Shown piece after piece: positions 54,120-64,000 of a stretch of DNA of 64,000 nucleotides (position 1 is the first letter of the stretch; each line of letters starts with the position of its first letter). Under the pieces are notes generated by a model. It ran no database searches. It was not told where the DNA came from and saw only the letters and a program-made list of their open reading frames with translations. This DNA comes from Eledone cirrhosa (lineage: Eukaryota). Both the position numbers and the translations under genes were made by a program. The stretch covers positions 38,750,001-38,814,000 of the forward strand of contig OZ024749.1 in the NCBI GenBank assembly GCA_964016885.1. The letters run 5' to 3'.

Positions 54120-54256
54120 AGTTACGGCCCTTGCCATTCTGAGTTCAAATCCCACCAAGGTTAATTTTGCCTTTCATCCTTACGGGGTCGATAAAATAAA
54201 GTACCAGTAATGCACTGGGTTATTGCTGGCCTTGTGCCAAAAGTAGAAACAATTAT
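54120..54256 (+). mobile_element. SINE family 1, 5'-truncated
   Basis: B box through tail. Confidence 0.85.
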
Positions 54257-54358
54257 ATATAGAGAGATGTATATATATATATGATTCGCATTGCTTTATT
54301 GTGCGACAATAAAACTCACCTCCTACATATAGATGTATACATATATGATGTGTATATA

Positions 54359-54392
<34 letters not shown>

Positions 54393-54738
54393 GCCAAAAT
54401 ACAGCCCCGTCCCAACCCCACCCCCACCGCCATCTACACCACCCCTTTCGATGTAAAGCTATGTTGGTACCACAACATCCAGTCCTAAATAAATGAGGTC
54501 GTGTAGGTGTCATGACAAAAAAACACACAGCCCATGCTGTAATGTGGCCGTGTAGGTAACACGGTAAAAACCTCCCAGTCCACACTGTAAACGTGGTTGG
54601 TGTTAGTAAGGGCAACCAGCCATAGAAAACCCACCAGACAGTCCTGAGCAAGACAACCAATCTTGCCTCAAGTGGGACAATTCCTGTCCAGACCCATGCT
54701 AGCATGGAAAATGGATGTTTAACGATGATGATGATGAT
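54393..54738 (+). mobile_element. RTE LINE 3' UTR fragment
   Basis: Aligns to 30612-30953; (GAT)n tail. Confidence 0.85.
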
Positions 54739-55628
54739 AGATCTTGTATATGTAGATGTTTATATATATATATTTATGTGTGGTGCATGTGTGTGTTTAT
54801 ATCCTGCAACATATCAGTTTGACAAATAAAAATTGATGAAATAAGTACGAGATTTTGAAATATAAACTGGGGTTAGTATTATCTACTAAAGCTTTAACAG
54901 TGGAAACCCCAGCATGACTGGCCACAGTATAATGACTGAAACCAGTAAAAGAATGTGGTGCTCTAGCATGGCCAGTCAAATGACTGAAACCAGTAAAAGA
55001 ATAAAAGAATATATATATATAAATAAATAAATATAGTGAATTTGGAAAAAACAAAACTTACTTTTCTTTTCCTTGTTATGTTTTTAATCCATTTCACAGT
55101 TGGTGTAACATAATGAGTCAACTAATTACAGAGCAATTAATGAGACACAGGTCGTTATAAACTAGTGGCTAATTATGTAATCATTTAGATATGTCTAATA
55201 TAAGAATCTTGTAATATTTTAATGTTTAAATCCAAACATGATAAATTAGTATGACTATTAGAAAGGGAAATTATATATGTGTTTATGATATTTAAAATAC
55301 CATCTCTTTGTTTCTCCAAGTTTAAATTTTTCTGGGATCCATATTGTTTTTCATATCTTGCAGTAAAGGTGTGGGTTTTTATTGTATATGTTCAGGCACT
55401 TTGAGACTGGCAGGTGGAAGTAAGGAAAAGACGGATGTATCCTCACACAAAAGAACTTGATTGAATACTAATAACAAAGTGGAATCTTCTGATAATCCCC
55501 ATGAGCCAAGGAGTGGAGATTGTGTTTAAATAAAGGTACTCTCAAACTACAGACCTGGAACAAATACTTGTACAACAGAGTGGCCCTCACTAAAGACACC
55601 CAAGAATAAGCGGTAGTGGTGATAGTGT

Positions 55629-55856
55629 TTAACCCTTTAGCATTTAAACTGGCTGTATCCAGCCGGAATTCTCTCACTTCTTTCTGTTCAAACCAGCCGT
55701 AACTGGCCACTCATACTGATGTTAAGGTATTGTTCCCAAAATAAATAATATCAAAATCTCGTAGGTTCAATATTATGTGAGATATTATGTGAGATAAAGC
55801 TGTTACCATGAAAATACAATAGTATATATAGAGTAATGTAAATGCTGAAGGGTTAA
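55629..55856. mobile_element. piggyBac-type MITE
   Basis: TTAA TSD and TIRs. Confidence 0.9.
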
Positions 55857-57056
55857 ATAAAATAATACTAAAAATAAAATCCGTTTTCAATAAACAATTA
55901 CCATTATTACCTTGAGGTAAACAACTGGCTTTGTTCAATTAGATTCTGCCTAAACCAGAAATCAATCAATATTACACTAACATTAATTTGATGAAATATT
56001 TGTTTGTTTGCTTGCTTGTTTGTTTTTTAAATAGATAACGTTTAGCCTCAGTAGAAAATTAATGCTGGTAATGTAATCCAAATGTTTTGAATCCAATTTT
56101 GGAGAGAAAAAAGAAAGAATTATGGAATTCTTTTACAGATTCTTTTAAGAAATATATAGTGTATATATCATAACATTTAAATCCACTTGGAAGCAATGGT
56201 GCTCAGAATTGAGATCCTTTAATTTGTTGACATATGGCTCCACTTTCTGTTTGTCTGGATCTGTCTCTCTTTTTCACATTGTCGCTCTCTTTCTCTCTGC
56301 CTTTCTCTCTCATGTAAAAAAGATTAACTTGTGTGTGTGCATATATATGTGAGGATAGTACTGTGTGTTTGTAGAGGCAGCAATGTATATGTGTGTGTGG
56401 AGAGAGCAGTATGTGTGTATGTGCATGGAGAGAGAGTGATGGAGAGAGAGCAGTGTTTTCCAAGGCTCTATGTCTGCGCCAGTTGTTTGACACTGAATGT
56501 TTTCAGTTAGAACTAGTGGTAGGGTGTAGTGAGAGAGAAAGGGAGTTTTGTGATGAGAGAGAGAAGTGTTATGTGAAGGGGGGAGTGATATAAGAGAGAG
56601 GTAGTGTATAGTGAGAGAGAAAAAAAGAGGAGACCTGTTTGAAGAGAGATTGTTGTTGTTGCTGATATTATTATATATGATTGGCAGTTGATGTTTCTGT
56701 GTGAGTGAGTGTATAGAAGTGTATGTGTGTGAAAGTGTGTATGTGTGTGTGGGAGAGGTGACATAAAAGAAAGTGAAAAGGAAGAAAAGGAAAGACACGC
56801 ATATATACATACATATATATATGTGTGTGTGGGGGGGGGGTATGTGTGTGTGAGTTGAGAGTGCGAAAGACATTGAGGCAATATATATATATATACATAT
56901 ATATGCCCATGCACCTATTCTCTCACACGCACACTCACACCCACACACACATACACTCACACTCACACAAACACACATACACGCACACAGAGAAAAATAA
57001 GGGACAAAACCTCATGAAAGACTGTTTCCATCTCAAGTGGCAGCTATTCATATAGC

Positions 57057-57430
57057 ATGTCTCCACTGGTCACCCCCTGTCTATTTAACCCCCCACCCCC
57101 TACCCAACACCCACCCACCTCGACTGGGTCTCTCTCTCTTCCCCACCTACCCCCATGTCTCCACTGGTCACCCCCTGTCTATTTAACCCCCACCCACCTC
57201 AACTGGGTCTCTCTCTCTTCCCCACCTACCCCCATGTCTCCACTGGTCACCCCCTGTCTATTTAACCCCCCACCCCCTACCCAACACCCACCCACCTCGA
57301 CTGGGTCTCTCTCTCTTCCCCACCTACCCCCATGTCTCCACTGGTCACCCCCTGTCTATTTAACCCCCACCCCAACACCCACCCACCTCGACTGGGTCTC
57401 TTTCTCTTCTCCACCTACCTCCATGGTCAC
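57057..57430 (+). repeat. C-rich minisatellite, alternating 97/80-bp units (about 177-bp period)
   Basis: ATGTCTCCACTGGTCACCCCCTGTCTATTTAACCCC repeated four times. Confidence 0.88.
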
Positions 57431-57879
57431 CCCATATTTACCCCCTATTAACTTCCCCCCTCGACTGTGTCTCTCTCTCTCTCCTTCACCTACCCCATGT
57501 CTACCCCCTATTTACCCCCCCCCCCCCCCACACACACGACTGTGTCTCCCCCCCCCATGGCTCCACTTGTCATCCCACCCAATATCTACCCAACCGTGCC
57601 TCTCCTCCACCACCACCTGTCCACCGCATATTTCACCCCCCCCCCCTCGCTATCTCCCCCTCTTTCTCTCCTTCTACACAGGTAAAGCTATTCAATCTAA
57701 TACATAATGATTTTTACCTGAGATTCAAAAACAGAAATGTGACTTTATCATAACATGTTTAACTACTTGGTGGGGCTGGTGGTGGCGGAGGTGGTGTTGG
57801 TGGCGGGGATGTTGTGATGTTATGTATGCATGTGTGTTTGGGTGTGTATGTTCTTTTACTCTTTTACCTCTGTGTGTAT

Positions 57880-57929
<50 letters not shown>

Positions 57930-57944
57930 ATATATATATATGTG

Positions 57945-57977
<33 letters not shown>

Positions 57978-57986
57978 GTGTGTATT

Positions 57987-58029
<43 letters not shown>

Positions 58030-58075
58030 ATATATATACATACATAGATACAAATATATATATTTGTATCTATTT

Positions 58076-58636
58076 GAACACTGGAAGGTAATATCCGTAG
58101 TGATAGAGCACTCAGTCCATGGGACGAGTTAGGTAGAAGTGGTTACACAACAGCTAGTTCACCATACCGAGAACAACTGTTTCACCTTACGGATCTTCAG
58201 CTCGTAATGGACATGGTTATACGGAACAGGAAGGAAAACCGTATGAACGCGCATACGCAGAAACGGTCACTTCACCCAGGCAATACAAAATTGCGTGCGA
58301 GATTACGCAATAGCGATTGCCTAAACTCAAGAAATGAATTCTTCACACGTTTTCCACACGTCTGGAAACACCTCTTGCATAACTACAAAGCTCCGGATTG
58401 AATTACAACAACATCCTAATTTTCTTATCAACTAGAAACTTTCGGACTTTCGCAGTTATCTCCCTTACACTTCTCGCACGCAATTTTGTATTGCCTGGGT
58501 GAAGTGACCGTTTCTGCGCATGCGCGTTCATACGGTTGTCCTTCCTATTCCGTATAACCATGTCCATTACAAGCTGAGGATTCGCTAAGATGAAACAATT
58601 GTTCTCGGTATGGTGAACTAACTGTTGTGCAACCAC

Positions 58637-58640
<4 letters not shown>
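58076..58640 (-). mobile_element. Fold-back family B, long copy, with a hammerhead motif in each arm
   Basis: About 168-bp inverted arms (58134-58302 and 58472-58641); minus CGAG-CTGAAGA-TCC GTAA GGT-GAAA-CAGTTG-TT-CTCG; plus CTGAGGA..GAAACAATTGTTCTCG at 58574. Confidence 0.78.
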
Positions 58641-58666
<26 letters not shown>

Positions 58667-58670
<4 letters not shown>

Positions 58671-58824
58671 AAAGCACAAACAAGGGACAGTCCCCTATTC
58701 AGTTGTCTGTTGGAGGTCACTTGCATTTCAACGCATGACCTCCAGCAAACAACTGAAGAGGGAACTGTCCCTTGTTTGTGCTTTCTTTTTATTTCTTTAT
58801 CAAGTAACCACACAGCCCCTTGTT

Positions 58825-58880
<56 letters not shown>

Positions 58881-58941
58881 AACAAGGGGCTGTGTGGTTA
58901 CTTGATAAAGAAATAAAAAGAAAGCACAAACAAGGGACAGT
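58667..58941. repeat. Doubly nested fold-back (family E)
   Basis: Hairpin 58667-58786, then its tail mirrored across a central (TA)n tract. Confidence 0.85.
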
Positions 58942-59304
58942 TATATATATATATTTATACGTGAAAAAGGTTCAGTAAGTCTGTAGAAAACTGTTCAGCA
59001 AGTCCGGAGAAAATTGGTGAGAGTATCAATGTCAGCACTCAATGCACAACAGAGTGTATATAATAAGAACAAAGTAGAGGTCTTATATATGAGATGTATT
59101 GCTTAACCCAGTTACAAATGTTTCCCTGGCAGGGAAACATTAAGAAACGAAGCAAGTCGGATAAAATAGACACCACTTCGGCTGTTTCAACTACTCACTC
59201 GATGAACAACTAATTTCAAATTATTAAAATTCGAACTCAGCTAACCAGAGTGTACGCTTTCATTAATCAGTGAGGAAGATGACTTCGTGAGGATAAGATG
59301 GTAT

Positions 59305-59580
59305 TTCATCATCATCATCATCATCATCATTTAATGTCCATTTTTCATGCTAGCATGGGTTAGACGAGTTGTCCCATGGTGAGACAAGTCAGACCAAATG
59401 ACTCTTGCTGACACAGAATTGTTTCTTTCTTGGTTTCTACGGCTCGATGCCCTTCCCAAAGCCAACCACTTTACAGTGTGGACTGAGTGCTTTTTATCAT
59501 GGTACCAAAACAAACACTTTACCGTGTGGACTGGGAGTTTTTTGTCATGGCTCCAAAACGACCACTTTACAGTGTGGATG
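59305..59580 (-). mobile_element. Element with RTE-type 3' tail
   Basis: (CAT)n-TTAATGTCCATTTTTCATGCTAGCATGGGT..GATGCCCTTCC..CCAACCACTTTACAG. Confidence 0.7.
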
Positions 59581-59657
59581 CCTGATGATTTCATACAAAT
59601 GAAAGAATGCTAGTCCTGTAGAAGACTTTTCTATGCAACCCTCACCTCTCTATATAC

Positions 59658-59727
<70 letters not shown>

Positions 59728-60029
59728 GGTACACAAAGCACAGGATATTTCGTCTGCTAAACCAATTAAATCTCGCTCTGGTTCTCGTTTTAGGCGGAAG
59801 TGTTGCTATTGACATCACGACTTCGAACTGTATAATATTCATTTATATTATATTGTTGTTAATTGGAATATATTGTAACCATTGTCTATTTATTATTCTA
59901 TCTAAATCGCCACGACCATGGGTAACAAACATACCGCATTACACCCCGAAGAACTGGAAGCTTATCAGGTATATTATTATTATTATTATTTGTTCTGTTT
60001 CTTTCTTTCTCTCTCTGTAATATATATAT

Positions 60030-60065
60030 ACACAAAGACACACAAATATTTATGTGTGTGTGTCT

Positions 60066-60102
<37 letters not shown>

Positions 60103-60415
60103 CACACAAATATTTATGTGTGTGTGTCTGGATATATATATATATATACACAGACACAAATATTTATTTATGTGTGTGTGTGTGTGTCTGGGTATATATA
60201 TATATATATACACAGACACACAAATATTTATGTGTGTGTGTGTGTCTGGGTATATATATATATATATACACAGACACACAAATATTTATGTGTGTGTGTG
60301 TGTCTGGGTATATATATATATATATACACAGATACACAAATATTTATGTGTGTGTGTGTGTGTCTGGGTATATATATATATACACAGACACACAAATATT
60401 TATGTGTGTGTGTAT
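60030..60415. repeat. About 55-60 bp compound minisatellite with self-complementary units
   Basis: CACAGACACACAAATATTTATGTGTGTGTGTCTGG(TA)n, about 7 copies. Confidence 0.88.
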
Positions 60416-60525
60416 ATATATAATTAAGACCAGTCACTACAACGGCGCTCTTCCAGGGACGTACGCTTCGTTGGACCGAATGAATAACTTGTTCAACCTG
60501 TGCCTACGGGAATAAACCAGAATAT

Positions 60526-60608
<83 letters not shown>

Positions 60609-60807
60609 TATATAATAGTAATAATCGAAAGATATATACTTTATATCATCTCTATTTATTTCATTATATATATTTCGAAGATGCAAAGTTTTATGTATAA
60701 CATAAAGCAAAACATGTTCTCCTCAGCAAAAATACATAGAAAATGTATAATTTTTTTCCTGATATGCTGGTAGACAAACGAAATGGACAGATCGATGACC
60801 ACCAGAC

Positions 60808-60853
<46 letters not shown>

Positions 60854-61393
60854 AAATGAAGTAATTCCGTCGGAAAGGTCGAGGAAAAAAAAAAAATATA
60901 TATATATACACGCTCGGTCGCGCACATATAACATATAGCTAAATTTATAGAAGGTATATTACTATGGATATTATCAAAAATTATGAAAAACACCTCGGAG
61001 TATCGTTTCTTGGGGTTTAATTGTGTAATTAACAATGTAAAATATATTGCTATATAAACAGACTTGTTTTGTAACCAATTAAAAGTGTACATTAAAAGTG
61101 TAAAACTATATTGACATAACTTTAGTTTATAGTGACAATAATGAACTCCCCTTCTTCCCTCATTACTTTCTTAATAATCGCTATATTGTTAATTAAATTT
61201 TGCAGGTGCGTTTAAGAAATGTACATTACAAATTCTGTACCGAGAATTTATTTTACTTTTTTAAATATTTGTAGAAATCACCCATTACGTATATATATAT
61301 ATATATATATATATATTAGTTGATAAATGAAACAAAAAGTTATATTGGGTTACATACAAAGTTTTATTGAGTTCACGCTGAGAGGAAGTGGAC

Positions 61394-61425
<32 letters not shown>

Positions 61426-61544
61426 TACAAATACGGTGTCCCTCCAAAATGTATACATGCTTTGAATTCCGATGCAGGCAATATTTATTAGAATGCTATT
61501 GAAGTGTGTATACATTACACCGTGTGTGTGTGTATATATATATA

Positions 61545-62099
61545 TGGTCGGGTCGTTGGCGACTAAACTGGCAACCCCACCAAGGTTTCTTGGTGAGGAG
61601 GGTGACTTTGGACATCCTGCAGGACTAAAAACAAAACCTGTCAAAGGGCAAAGGAGCTCATAAGAGTCAATGGCCATCCAAAATCACCGGGAGAGATGAC
61701 CCCTTAGCCTTTGTCAAGGCAGAATTCTAGGAGAAGGAAAACTCTGATATAACACCTGCAACCCTGATGGTATCCAATGATGTTGACTTGTTCTTCGTTT
61801 TGGTAAATATCATCTTGGTTAAGAGAGTGGGACTGGCTTTGTGCAGTGCCTTTGCTCACTATAAAAGCTTCACGGCACAGGCATTGCTTTATATCTGGAG
61901 ATCTCTCTGCACTTGTCGTCACATGGTACCATGGGCCCAGCACTATGTGTCAATAATTGTCACAAGTGTAGTGTTTGTACCAGAGTTTTCAAGTCGCTGG
62001 CTGGACTCAAAAGTCACACTCGTTCAGCGCATCGGTAGGGGTTCTCCTACATGTATATAAAGTAGTGGCCGTACTCGAAAACGAGTTGGCAGCCACCAT
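61545..62099 (+). mobile_element. Putative non-autonomous RTE derivative (about 555 bp) in (TA)n
   Basis: Last 185 bp match the LINE 3' UTR at 47581-47765; no ORF; TA flanks. Confidence 0.6.
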
Positions 62100-62131
62100 A
62101 TGTATGTATATATATATATATATATATATTA

Positions 62132-62351
62132 TAATAATGGTTGCTACTATAGGCACAAGGCCAGCAATTTGAAGGGGTGGGGAAAGTCGATTAAATTGGC
62201 CCCACTGCATTACTGGTGCTTTATTTTTTCGATCCCGTAAGGATGAAAGGCAAAGCTAACTTCGGCGGATTTGAACTCAGAACGTAAAGGACCGACACTC
62301 TATGCTGCAAAGAATAATGTCCAACGCTCTACCGATTTTGCCAATCCACCA
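62132..62351 (-). mobile_element. SINE family 1 variant subfamily
   Basis: Consensus match with an extra internal segment. Confidence 0.8.
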
Positions 62352-62651
62352 TACATTTCCCAGGCTAGCATGGGATAGACGGGTTGTCCCCTTAGAGACA
62401 AGTCAGATCAGGTGACCGTGCCTTGCTTAAACTTTACAGTGTAAGGGTGGCGTGGACAGAAATGGGGGGATGAGGTTGGAGGAGATGTATGGAAGGGGGT
62501 ATAGTGGTTAGGAGGTGCCTACTAGATGTATGTTTGAGATATATGTTATATAATATAATATATTAAACTTAAGCCCAAATCTCATTTGGGAGGGAGATAC
62601 AACTTATATAATGCCTGAACCATGGTTTCTGAAACTAATATATGTATATAT

Positions 62652-62987
62652 GGGGGCACATGGCTTAGTGGTTAGAGCATTGGTCTTGCAATCGAAAGGT
62701 TGTGAGTTCAATTCTCAAACCGGGTGATGTGTTGTTTCCTTGAGCAAGACACTTTATTTCACATTGCTCCAGTTTACTCAGCTGTAGAAATGAGATGATA
62801 GGGGCTGGTGTCCCTATCATTCCACTGCAAAGTGGTCGTGGAGGTGCCACGGCAAAAAAGCACCCAGCACTCACTGTAAATGAGGTTGGTGTTAGGAAGG
62901 GCATCCAGCTGTAGAAATCAAGCCAGAATCAGTTCCCGTCCCACCCTTGCAAGCAGGGAAAAGCGGACGTAAAATGATGATGATGAT
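62652..62987 (+). mobile_element. CORE-type SINE family 2, full length
   Basis: A and B boxes, CORE-like domain, RTE-type tail. Confidence 0.9.
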
Positions 62988-63001
62988 ATAGATATATATA
63001 T

Positions 63002-64000
63002 AGCGGAATCAATGGCCAAGCTAGAGAAGAAATTCCAAACATGGAAGCACGGCCTAGAGTCAAAAGGACTTAAAATTAACCTGGCTAAGACCAAAGTGCT
63101 AATTTGTAGGAAAGAAAACAAGGCGGCGGTCCCTTCTGGGAAATGGTCGTGCTCGGTGTGTAGGAAAGGCGTAGGTAGAAACTCCATTTTATGTCCTAAA
63201 TGCAAAGTATGGGTGCATAAAAGATGTAGTGGGATCACAGGTAAGCTAACTAAGAACATAGATTTTACATGTGGCCGGTGCTCTGGTGCAATAAGTAGCA
63301 GCAAGTGCCCACAAAATACTAGCTCTTTCAATTGCGCAGAGGGTTCTATAGAAATAGTGGACAGCTTCCGTTACCTGGGCGATAAAATCAGCAGTGGGGG
63401 AGGGTGCTCTGAAAGTACTGTAGCTAGAGTCAGAACTGGTTGGAAAAAGTTCAGAGAGCTTATACCACTATTAGCTGCTAAAGGGTTCTCACTAAAAATG
63501 AAAGGCAGGTTGTACGATGCCTGCATACGAACAGCAATGCTGCATGGCAGTGAGACCTGGGCATTGTGTGCAGAGGATATACGCAGACTAGAGAGGAACG
63601 AAGCTTGCATGCTCCGCTGGATGTGTAACAGTAATATACGTGAACGGCAAAGCATAAACGAACTAAGGAAAAAATTAGAGATAAGAGGGATCAGATGTTG
63701 TTTACTCGAGAGAAGGCTACGTTGGTATGGACACGTGATGCGCATGAAAGTCGACAGCTGTATAACAAAGTGCAGGGCAATAAAGATAGACGGTAGTCAC
63801 GGAATAGGCAGACCTAGAAAAACCTGGGACGAGCTGATAAACTCCGACATCACACACTTACACCTCTCCAAGACAATGTCACTGGACCGAGACCTTTGGC
63901 GGTACTCAGTAACAGAGAAGACCCGCCTTACCTAAATATATAGTAAAACCTACTCCAGCCAGTAGGCATCTCTAACAAAATACACCCCGTCCCACCACCA
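63002..64000 (+). mobile_element. Young 5'-truncated RTE-clade LINE: RT C-terminal part with PHD-like finger (ORF 63012-63935) plus 3' UTR running off the window
   Basis: GLKINLAKTKVL, VDSFRYLGD, LHGSETW, RLRWYGHVMRM, GRPRKTW; C4HC3 insert; begins directly after (TA)n. Confidence 0.92.

Noticed and set aside
57057-57707. 216-aa proline-rich ORF
   Set aside because: Product of a C-rich minisatellite
61432-61524. Tiny Tc1/mariner-type MITE
   Set aside because: Inverted ends are gapped and the right TA is missing; single copy in the window, so support is insufficient
62652-62725. tRNA gene
   Set aside because: A and B boxes belong to a SINE head that continues into CORE and LINE-derived sequence; no intact cloverleaf

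Overview
AT-rich eukaryotic DNA packed with microsatellites. The SINE, LINE and microsatellite make-up strongly suggests a coleoid cephalopod (Octopus-like), which is an inference. Only one credible host coding region is visible: a minus-strand 450-aa ORF (22655-24007) behind a good splice acceptor. It encodes a probably disordered protein rich in tyrosine docking motifs. The rest is repeats: several tRNA-derived SINE families, RTE-clade LINE fragments (one young, with a PHD-like finger inside the RT), a CRE-like endonuclease relic, a DD37D (maT) Tc1/mariner in two pieces, piggyBac- and hAT-type MITEs, Helentron-like relics, many minisatellites and a 5.5-kb 45/43-bp satellite that appears to be an amplified SINE head. 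The most striking pattern is a set of short asymmetric fold-back insertions from about ten unrelated families, all sitting in (TA)n tracts. Several carry minimal type I hammerhead ribozymes and share a TTGAGTRC-like motif near one end. Their inversion points fall at or near the ribozyme. This looks like a Penelope-like, ribozyme-linked non-coding retroelement system. Nearly all short ORFs in the supplied track are microsatellite artefacts.
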